Shown here: positions 51,501 through 64,000 of the stretch, in pieces | How the letters are laid out: the number at the start of each line of letters is the position of its first letter | How positions within the stretch are numbered: the first letter of the stretch is position 1 | NCBI GenBank assembly: GCA_017654855.1 | Contig: CM030335.1 | Span: 1,240,001 to 1,304,000 of the forward strand | Source of the DNA: Podospora anserina | Taxonomy: Eukaryota | Length of the DNA: 64,000 nt | Reading direction: 5' to 3' | Position numbers and translations under genes: made by a program | Notes under the pieces: model-generated | Seen by the model: the letters and a program-made list of their open reading frames with translations, nothing else | The model's database searches: none | Told to the model about the DNA's origin: nothing

Positions 51501-53809
51501 GAGTTGTGGTGACGTTATTTATTTATTTTATTAGTTTATTTACATTTAATAAATATAATCGCTTTTAAATTATACTATATTAAAAGGTATTTAAATAGTA
51601 ACAATAATAATTAAAGGTACGAAAACGAATTTAATTTCATTATAGTGTATATATTCAACTAGGATATTATAAGAAGAGAGAAGGAATAAATCGTTATATA
51701 AAGACTATTTTTAAGGTAAAACCCTTATAAAGAAATGTTATTTTTAAATATTATAGTTAAAAGGAAAATAACTTTAATTATATCTAATATTACAAATCAA
51801 GACCCTCAAAAACTATAATTTTAGGGTAATTATGATATTAGAAACATATGTTAAATACTAATTAGAGGGATAGTAATTATTTACGATTAAAAGAGGGTTA
51901 AAAGTATTTAAGGAACGATAGGAAATAACGAGGACGTATAAAGTAAAGTATAGAATAAATACCCTCTACCGTACTACCGTAAAAAGCTTATGAAATAATA
52001 GTATAATTTATAGATAAAAGCGGGTAAAATCGAAGAAGTAAACTTAATAACGTTAGTAATAATATCGGGGGTTAATAAATATCTTCACTGTAATAATATA
52101 GAGAAAGGCGAGAAAAAGGTGGTACTAATAAAAGATCGAGGATATTTAGCTTTTATAATTAAATTTTTAGAGGGATTTTAAAAGTGAAGACCGTAAAATC
52201 ACGAAAATAAATTAAAAGAAAGAGTTAAACTATAGTTATTTAATACTCATTATAATAATAAAATGTAATGTAAAAGGTTACGCAAATAGTTAAACGAAAT
52301 TTTAAATAAAAGATATATTAAGGGGTTTATATTACTGGTAAAATACCGTTCATTTTCCGTATCCAAAAAGAAACGGTAATTTACTATTATATATAAATTA
52401 TTATTAATTGAATAATAAAACGGTAAAAAATCATTACTTACCATCATGAATATTGAAATTAAGGAATTCATTAATTAAAGCGTAATAGCTCATATATTTA
52501 AATATATTCACTACACATATTTAAATATAAATTAATAATAAAAATAAATAAGAAATAACGTTTTAAATACCTTATAAATATTTCGAATATTTCGTAGTAT
52601 ACTTCGGGTTAATTAATACGGCCATAACGTCGAAATCTTACGTTAATTATATAATCCGGAAATATTCTAATAAAATAATAATATATTATTTGGATAATAT
52701 ATTTATCTATTTATATACTTTAAAGGAATATAACTAATATATACGAAAGATATTCCACGCGCTATACGGAGCTAGACTTTTAATTATGAAGGAAAAAAGC
52801 GAATCTTACGTCCAAAAAATAGTATATTTATGATATTTGATATTATTAAGAGAGGTTTGGAAAAATTTAAGAGAATTACGGTAACTAAGGATTGGTTTAT
52901 AATATAATTATAAATATACGTTATGGAACTTTTACGGTTTATAAGGTTCTATGGGATATTTATTTAAAGGTATATTACAATAATATAGTTATTTAATTAC
53001 TTCATTAAGAAAGATATAAAGTTCCGGTAAAGATAGGAAGAAAAGTAAGCCTTTTAGAAATTAAAGGAAGTTATATTAAAAGGCCCGGTATTTATATTAT
53101 TAAACTTTGATCAATCATTTAAGGTCGAGGTTAGTATATTAGATTACACGAGTAGTTAATAATTAAATCACCGAAATAACGTTAGCAAGTTATATTTAAT
53201 AGCTTTTCTTTCGAAAGAACCAAGGAAATACGTTAAAACTCTTTAATTTATAACAAAGAACTACTTAGTATGATCAAAATATTTGAGGAATAGATGTTAT
53301 ATTTTACTATTACTAATTATAAAGTATAGGTTTATACGGATTATAAGAACTTATAATACTTCATCGTTGTAAAGGCTTTTAACGTACGTAGTAGTTATAT
53401 TTTCTTTAAAAGTTTAACTTCTAAATTAACTATAAAAAGGGTTCGGAGAACGTTGGGGTAAACAAACGTATTTTACCGGCCAGCCGATTACTATAAAAAC
53501 ATACCTAAGAAATTACAATTATTACTCAAATTACTTTTAAAACGTACTTTTAAGTATTTATTTTAACCGTAAATAAAATTTTACGTAGTATATTAAAAGA
53601 AAATTACTTTTAATAAGTATTGAAGAAAGTGAAATGATAATTTTACGATGTAATATTGATAGAAAAAATTAGAACTATAAAGCATTTAAAAAGATAATTA
53701 AAAAAGATTATAGTATAAAAATAAGCCTACCTAAAGCTAAATAATAAAATAATATTAATAATAGAAATTTACGGATCAAAGTTCGGAGAATATATTAGTA
53801 TTATAAAGA

Positions 53810-54213
53810 TATAACGAACCCCTATCCAGAACCTCTGAAAAAGACACTGGTTAAAGGCACTTCTGAACAATCCCGGTTCGGTACAGCTAAACAGTGTACA
53901 ACAATGGCTTGCCTCAGTCACAACATCTAAAATACCACGATTGTGACTTATATTGCATACTACGGAACTGTCTATCGATACTAGCTAGTTCCTCTGTATA
54001 TATAGACCTTGGGACCGTGGACCGTTGACTTACAGACGGTCCTCGGTCCACTCCTGATTGGCCGATACTGGACCGTGGACCGTGAGCTCCGCCGCGGTCC
54101 CCGGTCCCCATCTTATTGGTCCGTTTGCCTACCTGGACCGTGAGCCCCGCTCAATCGCGCGGTCCAGTCCTGATTGGTCCGTCGCGGCCCCACTGTCTTC
54201 CAGAACCGTGACA
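53810..54213 (-). mobile_element. Solo LTR, U3 type d, inserted near the integrase N-terminus of Z
   Basis: Exact TSD AAAGA; near-identical to 48151-48555. Confidence 0.93.
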
Positions 54214-55458
54214 AAAGACTATAGAAAAAAAAATAATACTTTAATTTACTAAAGATTAAGCACATGTAAAAAAAATGAAAGGTTATAAAAGATAAGGTTT
54301 ATAAATCTCTAAAGCTACTAATAATAGCGGAACGAAAATAAAGTTTAATTACGATAGACTTTACTATTAAATTATTATAATTGAAAAAATGTAATAACCG
54401 GCGTTAAATATAATCATATTCTAATAATAATCAATAAGTTTACTTAGTAAACGTGCTTTTTACCTTTTAATGAAAATTAGTTTGTAAAATAATTAACGGA
54501 TAGAATGCTATTATAAATTATAATAATATATATATATCAATAAAGGAGCACATGACGGACCGTGATATTAAATTCGTATTAAAATTTTAAAAAATTCTAT
54601 TAATAGAGTTAAGGATAATGAATAAAGCGTTTTCGGCTCATTACCTCTACATTAATTGTTAGACGGAACTGTTTAATAAAACTGTAAAATAATATTCACG
54701 GAATCACATTAACTTTAACTAAACCGATTAAACTAACTTATTATTTACGGTATTATTAATATATAATATATTATTAATAGAGACGATTAAAGTTATACTA
54801 TTTTCCGTACACTTTAAATACAGAGTAAACTTAAGATAGGGACCCAATATAGTGGTTTGTAGGGTTAGGCTTAAAGTAAGTAAATTATATATATTTTATA
54901 GTAAATTTAAGGAAAAATTAAAGTTTATAAGGAGAGGATACGAAAATACTATAATATTCAAACAATCGAGGGACCTTACCTTAAGGAGAGGGATATAATA
55001 TCCCTTCCTATATATAATTTATATATTACAAAACTTGGCAAGAAGCTAAACTATTGGAAAGCAAGCTTATTAAAAGTTAAAAGAAAAATATCGGAAATGA
55101 TATTTACATCAAAACTATTTAATATAATATTTTATAGTAATATACCTTTTATATTTAATCTGCAGAACATGTATTAATGGTAGATAAAGTTAATATAAAG
55201 GAAGTAGCGGAGAATGAAAAAAAAGAAATATAATATAATAAAAAGCATATTAGATTTACGATTTAATAAAACTTAATTAAAATATTCAACTAATCAACTA
55301 GAATATTTAATTATTAATAGTTTATAGGAACTAACGGTAACCCCTAATTTTCTAAATAAATGGATAGAACTTTACCGATAATATTTAAACGGACTAAAAT
55401 AATATAAATAAATTAAATATATTAAAAATTTTAAAAATTAAAATCTTAATACTCTAAA

Positions 55459-55527
55459 AACCTTGACGGGAATCGAACCCTCGCCTTTATCGTAGTGGCC
55501 GGTATATTACGTTTTATACTATAAAGC
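55459..55527 (-). ncRNA. tRNA-like element (antisense) in element Z
   Basis: Minus strand GCTTTATAGTATAAAACGTAATATACCGGCCACTACGATAAAGGCGAGGGTTCGATTCCCGTCAAGGTT; intact B-box at 55469-55479. Confidence 0.6.
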
Positions 55528-55579
55528 TAATAAAAATACAGAAAATACAGGTATAATTAACGCTATATACCTTATTTAC

Positions 55580-56210
55580 TTTAAAAATTCAAAATATATT
55601 ACTAGCGGTACCTTAATTAATTAAGAAAAAACGACTGGGTACATTTGGGTTTAAGCAAAGGTCGGAAGGCTAATTAAGGTTTAGAGAACGATTTAGGAAT
55701 GAAAAGTCAGAAGGGACGGTAACGGAAAACTCCGCTATAGGACGGGCCCGAGTGAAGGCGAAACAAATAAACTACTCTCTACGTTTAACTTCTTTTTAAT
55801 TTTTCTATATTATTAAGCTTATAAGAGACGGTATGAAATATTTTATTAAATTAAAGGCTTTTTTACTTTTATAAATCAGCGACTTTATTTATAAAACTAA
55901 ATCATTTAGCCTTTACCTTTTTACATTAAAGTTAAGACGGTTATGATATATAATAATTTTACAGAGGTAGAAATACATAAACCGCTAGCCCTTAAAAAAA
56001 GCTAATTAAAAGCAATATAAAATGAGTGGCGAGAGGAATCGGAAAAGAAAAGTTCGTAAGGAAGTAACTAGCGTTTATACTAAGTATAACAAATAATTAT
56101 AATAATAAAATTAAATAAAACAATATTAAAGAAAGCATTATGATAAATTATTTTAAAATAAGTTACTTTTGAGCGGTCAAAAACCCGGTTGAAAATATTA
56201 TAAAAATCAA
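55580..56210 (-). pseudogene. Antisense accessory ORF of element Z
   Basis: YT*YKR*LLPYELFFSDSSRHSFYIA, read as de-RIP C-x2-C-x6-C-x9-(C)-x2-C; conserved PSDL tail near 55660; ends approximate. Confidence 0.6.
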
Positions 56211-59200
56211 AGAAGCAAGAAAATGAATTTCCTATATTGATAATAAAAATAAAGATTAAGTTATAGGGACTTCGGCCTAGAGAAGGAATATTATATTACG
56301 GTTTTAAAAAAACGGGGACGTTAGAATCAATAAGATTAAAGTGGGCGGATAAGTAACGCCTATAGGGTAGGAAATAGTACGGGTCAAGGGATTAAGGATT
56401 TAGGAGATAGGCCTGTGGATCTATAGATTTAGAGCTAGATTTAAGGATTTAAAGTTTAGAAACTAGATATAGGCAATTTAGGAAATAAAAAAGTAGATTT
56501 AAGTATAAAGGTATTTAGAGCCCTAGGTCTATATATACGAAGGAACTAGCTAATATAAATAAATAGTTCCTTAATATATAATTATAAGTTACAATCATTA
56601 GTATTTGAATTATTATAATCGAGATAAGCCGTTTGTTATGTACTGTTTACCTATACCGAACTAAGATTGTTTAGAAGTACTTTCAACCAGTATCCCTTTT
56701 AGAGGTTCTGGATAGGAGTTTGTCATAAGAAGCTTAAATATTAGGACTTGTCGTATATTGTAAATGGCAGGCTAGATTCCCCACCTTAAATTAGAATATA
56801 GTATCTAAACTCTTTGAATATTATAAATAATAACTTTTTTTATACATCTTTAAGTTATGTTAAGTTACCTATAAATTTTAATACTATTAATACTATTACT
56901 ATTAACACATAGCCTTATTGCTATCTATCTTTATAAGTAATTATTTAAAATTAAAAACTCTATATTTGATTAATTTCTATAATTGTATATTCCATTTCCT
57001 GAAAGCTAATATATATATATATTTTAATAGTTATTTATTGTTTTACTAGATTATCTTAATTTTTTCGTTTTCTCCCTTGTATTTACCTCTATTAAATCTA
57101 TTACTCGGTTAGTTGATCCAAAAAGATTTCGTATTAAACAATAAACCTTTTTTGACCGTTTTTTGATATATTTTTCACTTTTAAACTTAAAATGTATATA
57201 ATTCTCATAAAGAAAACAAGGCGTCTTAAATTTGTTTTCACTTAGCTTATTAATATTGAATGTAGAAGTGTTCCGAATTTGGAATCTTCACACATTTTCT
57301 TTTGACTCGTTATTGATAGTAATACTTGAATAAATCAGGGATTATTCATAAATCATTTTTTTACAAAGATGAATAAATATTTTTTTTCTGATAATAAGAA
57401 ATAATAATATATAAGAAGTTATATATTAAGTGTTATTACTTATAAACTCTTTTAATAATTAAATTCGATGATATAAGATACATATATAGTAATGAAGTGC
57501 ATTATAGAGAGATAATATAAAAATAGATAAACGATATTATTTATATTACTTATTCATAAATAAATAAGTAGTAAGGGAGCTAGTCAGAAATTTATAGGTG
57601 ACTAGTAGTATATAAAGTATTTAAAAGGGTAAAATCTGTTATTCAATTATAAATTTATAGAGTTGAAAAATAAAGGGTAATAAATTACAATTTTATAATA
57701 TATATATAGCTTATTCTTTATAGTAAAAAGGCTTTAATTATTAAAATATTCCATGTCAGGAATTAACGTTTAAAAAATATTTTTTATTAATCTTTTTCTA
57801 TCGGTTTAAAACTATAAATAGTATACTTTAGTAATCTGTAGTAGCTAAATTATAATTATCTCCTACTTTAACTTTTACTTAATATTAGGTAAATAGTTTG
57901 TTATTTCATAGTTATATATAATTAATCAAATTCTGAGGAGTTTTACTATTTAGGAGATATTTAACAAAATAAAAGATATTTTAATAGAAATATATTATAA
58001 CTAAATTTCTTCATAAATATAATTATTATACTATTAAATTAGATTTGTATATAAATATAATATATACAAATAAAACTTTTTTAAATGTATTTTATATTAA
58101 AGAAAGAAATATTTTATTTTAAGTAAAAACAATGATGTTTTAATTGTTGAAAAATTAGTGTAGAAGATTACTTAATAAGTTATTGAATCAATAATACTAA
58201 AAGGCTTAATATTTAAAAACTAGTTTATTTACCTTACTTATTTTAATTAATTAATAAAGTAATAGCTCATAAATATCAAAGGTATTTCCATTGAATAGTT
58301 TAATAATCTAACTAATATAATAGAGTTATTAAACTAAGTAATAAATAATGATTAATAAGTCTTTTGAAGTAAGTTAGGATTTATACTTATTAAAAGTCCT
58401 AAACAATTATACATTTCTTTTTATAAGTCTTAAAGTAGAATAAATTAAATAAGTATTATATATATAAGTCGACATATTTTATATTATAACATATAAATAT
58501 ATTTATAATCTATTTCAATTAACTATTATAAGTTGATTAATTTGAAAGATATACAAATTGAATCCTAATTGATATAGAAATGTTTTATGTATATATTAAA
58601 TTCCTTTAAATAGATTAATAATTCATTAAACTTATTTTGAATACGAATAATAAATAAGATTATAATTATGAACTAATATATTTATTGTATTAACTCAATT
58701 ATACCAACTATTTATTTAACAAGATTGTTAAAATTAACATCATACTTTAATAATTTAAAAGTTAAGATGAAAAAGTTTAAGGGCTAAAATAACGCTAAAC
58801 GGTATTATGATAGGCTTTTAAAAAATATATAAAAATATGTTTCTATTCTTTAAAAAACTAATGAAAAGAATAACATATTAAATAAATATTAAAGGAGTAT
58901 AATATTAATATAATCTTACTTCTCTTTAAATAGTAAAGAAAATTTACTATTTATTATAAAGACCTAGAAAATACAACCCTTAATAGTAATCGGTATAGTC
59001 TATTGAAAGTAAAGAAAACTTTAATTAAAGTATTTAATAATAACAAAATACTACAGGAAAAGAAATGATAAAGCTAATACTTTATAATATATATTATAAT
59101 TATTAAAATATAGACTTATAAAGTAATTAAATATAGTAAGTGGAGTTGAAAGTATATGTTTTAGAAACCTTAAATCATTTAATTTCTTTTTACAACCCTT

Positions 59201-60683
59201 TTATTTTTAAGGTTAAATACCTATGAAATAAACTAAATAATATGAAGGTTGAAAAGTAATAAATCATCAATATCCAGAAACTTACTTTGCTATTAAGGTA
59301 TAACTTTATTTTGATTATAATACCGTTTACTATCGAATAACCATATATATGTTTTTTACTCTTTTATTATTTTTAAAATCCTATATTTTATAAAGGTTAA
59401 ATTTTTTGTATAGTATAAATAAATATTATAATTTAATAGATCGTTTCTTAATAATGTATTGATATTAATTAAAATAGTTTAAAGATTCTATTACTAAAAT
59501 ACATTTGTTTACTAGTACTACTAAATACTATCTTTCTAGTAAGGATGTTGATATTTCTTTTAAACATAACTTTCTTGATTTTAATATAATAAATAAAAAT
59601 ATATTCCATTCAAAGATAAAACTAATAATTATATTACTAAGCAATATGATGCTGAAGATTAAAGGCTAATATATATTAAAGTAAATTAACTTCAATATTA
59701 AGGTTGAGGAGGATACGACTATATAAGATAAAAAAGAAAATAATCTTTCCAACTCGTCCGCACTATATTACTCATTTATATTATATATAATATAACAAAT
59801 AATTTAACCGAAATAAAAGGACCGCGGTATAATACGAAAGGTGAAGATATTAATCTTATATCTTTTTAAAACAGTAAAATTCATTTAAATAATAAAAAAC
59901 TAAAATAACCTAAAATAATGATATTATACGATTTTTTAAAAAAGACTATTAAAACTTTTTTTGTATTATCTTAGAATTTAAATAAAATATATTATTTAAA
60001 AACTATGATATTTTTATCCATAAATGGTTTACTTGGCATTATACAACAAATACTCATAGCGAAAATATATTTTAATTTTAGGGTAATATTAAAATATAAC
60101 ATATATTTCAAAAAATTTATATAAACTATAACGTTTTTTACAGATTTATTAGTATTATTATTAAAATTAGACTTTTCCAATAAATATAATAACTATATTT
60201 AAATTAAAGTAGAAAAAAAATTATGTATTAAAGTTTATAAAAAATATAATTCATAAACTATGAAGTAAAAAAGATATTTAGAAAGATTAATATAGATATA
60301 TTTTATAAACCTAGACTTTTTTACTTTTATTTTTATACAGAAGCCCTTTATTTATTAGGACTCAGTTAATTCGGTCTTAAGGAATTCAAATAATTTATAT
60401 TATTTTCAAATAATTTAAAATAAATGAATTAATCATATTACCTGATTTTAAATTTTATAATAATATTAATGGAAATATGAAAGACAAAAAGGTCCATAGG
60501 GATAAGGACTTTATATCAAGGTTTCAAAGCATCAACAAGAGAAAATTCAAAGTTTAAGTAAGAATGGTTTTTATTAAATAAAATATTAAGCATTAGAGAA
60601 TTCCATAATATTTAAAAACTTATATTTTATATTAATACGCTTATATAAAAGTGTATAGAGTTATTTTCTTCATTTTTACAGTA

Positions 60684-61733
60684 AATGAAATAAATAAAAT
60701 AAATAAAATAAACAAAATAAACAAAATAAAATAAATAAAATAAATAAAATAAATAAAATAAATAAAATAAATAAAATAAATAAAATAAATAAAATAAAAA
60801 AAAAATAAAATAAATAAAATAAATAAAATAAATAAAATAAAAAAATAAATAAAATAAATAAAATAAATAAAATAAATAAAATAAATAAAATAAATAAAAT
60901 AAATAAAATAAATAAAAAATAAATAAAATAAATAAAATAAATAAAATAAATAAAATAAATAAAATAAATAAAATAAATAAAATAAATAAAATAAATAAAA
61001 TAAATAAAATAAATAAAATAAATAAAATAAATAAAATAAATAAAATAAATAAAATAAATAAAATAAATAAAATAAATAAAATAAATAAAATAAATAAAAT
61101 AAATAAAATAAATAAAATAAATAAAATAAATAAAATAAATAAAATAAATAAAATAAATAAAATAAATAAAATAAATAAAATAAATAAAATAAATAAAATA
61201 AATAAAATAAATAAAATAAATAAAATAAATAAAATAAATAAAATAAATAAAATAAATAAAATAAATAAAATAAATAAAATAAATAAAAATAAATAAAATA
61301 AATAAAATAAATAAAATAAATAAAAAAATAAATAAAATAAATAAAATAAATAAAATAAATAAAATAAATAAAATAAATAAAATAAATAAAATAAATAAAA
61401 ATAAATAAAATAAATAAAATAAATAAAATAAATAAAATAAATAAAATAAATAAAATAAATAAAATAAATAAAATAAATAAAATAAATAAAATAAATAAAA
61501 TAAATAAAATAAATAAAATAAATAAAATAAATAAAATAAATAAAATAAATAAAAAAATAAAATAAAATAAATAAAATAAATAAAATAAATAAAATAAATA
61601 AAATAAATAAAATAAATAAAATAAATAAAATAAATAAAATAAATAAAATAAATAAAATAAATAAAATAAATAAAATAAATGAAGAAAATAAAATAAATAA
61701 ATAAAATAAAATAAATAATATAAATAATATAAA
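60684..61733. repeat. ~1 kb tandem array of the 9-bp unit AAAATAAAT
   Basis: Over 100 near-perfect units; two AAAATAAAC variants at the left edge. Confidence 0.97.
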
Positions 61734-61767
61734 TGAAAATATTAACTTTCTTGTGGTTCTATTATAC

Positions 61768-62185
61768 TGTCACAGACCAACCATATAGCAAGGCAGAGTG
61801 GGGACTGCAGCAGGCCGTGGTGACCAGTCAAGTAACAGATAACAGCGGGGCTGCAGGACAGTGGGGCGCTCACCTCTTAGCAGAGGTGAGCCGGCTCGCC
61901 AGGAGCACTGGGTGAGCGAGGTGAGCCAGGATGGATCACCAGGAGCGCTTGGTGATCGAGGTGATCCAGGTACGGAGGTACCTGGAGGATTGAGGTCTAT
62001 ATATACGGAGGAACTGGCCGGTATAGATAGACAGTTCCGCAGTATGCAAATCAGCTTGTATTCACGGTATCTAGTGTTTACATTGAGACATCTTGTTGTG
62101 CACTGTTTAGCTGCACCGAACTAATTGTCAGAAGTTACCTTCAACCAGTATCCCTTTCAGAGGTTCTGTACAGGGGTTCGTCACA
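61768..62185 (+). mobile_element. Solo LTR, U3 type f
   Basis: TGTCACAG..TTCGTCACA, exact TSD TATAC, little RIP. Confidence 0.93.
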
Positions 62186-63108
62186 TATACGCAACTTATT
62201 ACTTTATTATCCAGATTTTAAAATACACACTATAATTTTAAAAGAAATGACTTCAAAACCGAAAAACCTCAACTAATGTTATTTATAATAGTAATAATAT
62301 ATCACTAAAAATCTTAAAAAAGAATGTAGGAATTTAAAAACTTCAAATAATAAAATTAAAAATATTTATAATAAAACTAAGTATATACCTTTATGGGATA
62401 ATAAAATGTAAAAAGTTAAAATATTGTAATAAAATCGTTAAGATTTAATATGTTTCGCAAAAACTAAAAGTATTTTTCAACTTATATTATAATGGAAATA
62501 CTTTAACTATTAAGAATTCTTTTAAAGGTTAAAAGTAAGATATTTAACATCTATGTATTAAAGTTTTATAAAATATAATAATGCTAAAGGATATTTCTGA
62601 AAATCCATAAATTTAAAGCCGCCGTTATTGTTTCCAAATCCTTGAAACCTTTTAAAGATTTCCCTTTAAATTTTGAAGAATTTAATAGTATTGAAGGTAT
62701 ATGAAAAAATGGGTTTTGGCTTGAAACAGCCTTTTAAATATAAAACAAAGTCTGCTTTTCAAGGAATTCTTTTAGAAAGGAAATTAATTATTATTGAACA
62801 ACTATTAATAATATAAAGTATCATTAATATTATATAAATAGTATTTGTTAATAGTATCCAATAAAAGAAATACAAAAGGTTATAAAAAAAGGTACTTTTA
62901 TTTGAAAAAAGTTAAATATAAAGTAAAGTGCTATATTATTATAATCAATAATTTTTATTTTTAGAAGAAATTATGAGTTCTATAGTAAAGGTAATGTTTC
63001 TCTCAACTATAAATAATATAAATAAAGAGGTTCATTATAGATTTCATCGAAGTATAATATTTATAAAAAATGGGAATATTATTAAGGTTTATCAGAGATT
63101 ATTAACTA

Positions 63109-64000
63109 ACGTATATTATCAGTGAGTCGTGCATATCAGTGGGTCGTGCATATCAGTGGGTCGTGCCTATCAGTGGGTCGCGCACTCTCTACCACCCTAC
63201 TACAAAACCCTCAATTATAACACACCAACATTAGGAACTAACTACAATTACATCAGAAACAGCTGAATTAGATGATTCTGCAGCCTCCTGGTAAGTGCGT
63301 GCATTATGGCCAGGCTTGCCACACACATCACAGCACCGAACCTTTATATAAGCCCCCCCTGCACCACTACTATCCGGCTGCGTTTCTTGCACTCCCTCTC
63401 CACCTACGGCCTTCTTATCCAATAGATCGTGTGCATCCTGCACAGTAAGTGATCCTCCGAGCCGCACACGTGTTTTTTTGGCTCTCCGGCGTTTACTTAG
63501 TGCCTCGTTGGCCTTACGGAGTAAAGTGTTTTCTGTACGAAGGAGAGCTACCTAGTGTATTACAGCTATCGTACTCTTGGTAAGCTGGTCTATAGCAGCT
63601 AATATTGAAGTTGGGGAGCTATTTTGATGGTTAGTAATCCGAGTCTTAATAAGTGTTAACTGCGAGTTAGCTTTTCGGGGGTTGTACAGTGTTTGGAAGA
63701 CCCAAGGTTATATAGTGCCGGGCCGTAAGTTTAGAGGTATTAGCGTACGAAGCTTTATATCTAGCTTAGAAAGTACCTTTTTTGGATCGTATAGTATAAG
63801 GCTAATACCCGTAAAGCTACCCTATATATTTTTCTCCGTTATAGAGGCGAAAAAGGTTTCGCGGAAAGTATAGAGGAACTCGAGCTTACTTACGTAGTTA
63901 ATATATATATATATATTAAGTCCTCGATCTAGCGGCTGTACGCTTACTTTAATAGCTTAAAGTAGCCGATATTAAGTGGCTAGAGGTAATGCGAAAAATA
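63109..64000 (-). mobile_element. Third Fot1/Pot2-type transposon (3' part; continues beyond the window)
   Basis: TA|ACGT terminus, four 17-bp TATCAGTGGGTCGTGCA repeats, transposase C-terminus RLGGSLTVQDA..CDVCGKPGHNART ending at 63231. Confidence 0.9.

Larger units (their letters stand above)
51570..56727 (+). mobile_element. 5'-truncated copy of the main family (element Z, U3 type e): protease to chromodomain, accessory region, 3' LTR 56294-56727
   Basis: Collinear with pol of Y; purine tract before 56294; LTR with the shared core; left end approximate. Confidence 0.85.

Noticed and set aside
60684-61733. Satellite as a telomere remnant
   Set aside because: The unit is unrelated to TTAGGG and is internal, flanked by transposon debris.
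63109-63190. Regular 17-bp repeats and U3 dyad arrays as a CRISPR-like array
   Set aside because: No unique spacers, eukaryotic context, and they are explained as TIR and LTR internal repeats.
21385-64000. Starship or other giant cargo element as the cause of the AT-rich block
   Set aside because: No tyrosine-recombinase captain or cargo genes were recognisable. The unassigned stretches (43371-45657, 56728-60683, 62186-63108) are too degraded to call.

Overview
Filamentous ascomycete (Sordariomycete-like) DNA in two compartments. Bases 1 to ~21.3 kb are GC-balanced and gene-rich, with nine supportable genes: Iec3-like INO80 subunit, MYG1, endosulfine/Igo, ureidoglycolate lyase, a Thr-rich secreted protein, an MFS transporter, a bZIP factor, an RluA-type pseudouridine synthase and a hotdog thioesterase. 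From 21385 to the end lies an AT-rich, RIP-mutated nest of transposons: one Gypsy/chromovirus family (two full-length nested copies, two truncated copies, five solo LTRs and a half LTR, most with exact 5-bp TSDs), an unrelated solo LTR, three Fot1/Pot2 DNA transposons, older relics and a ~1 kb 9-bp satellite. The main result is a candidate regulatory system in the Gypsy family. All four internal copies carry, antisense between pol and the 3' LTR, a RIP-masked ORF with Zn2Cys6 cysteine spacing, a coiled coil and an acidic/aromatic tail, followed by a tRNA-like element with a B-box. The LTRs share a conserved TATA/self-priming core but have six different U3 halves, five of which show subtype-specific 23-25 bp dyads. 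The Zn-cluster recognition loop co-varies with U3 type. My inference, untested, is an element-encoded transactivator and cognate operator. All 'de-RIP' readings are manual reversions of G>A/C>T changes.
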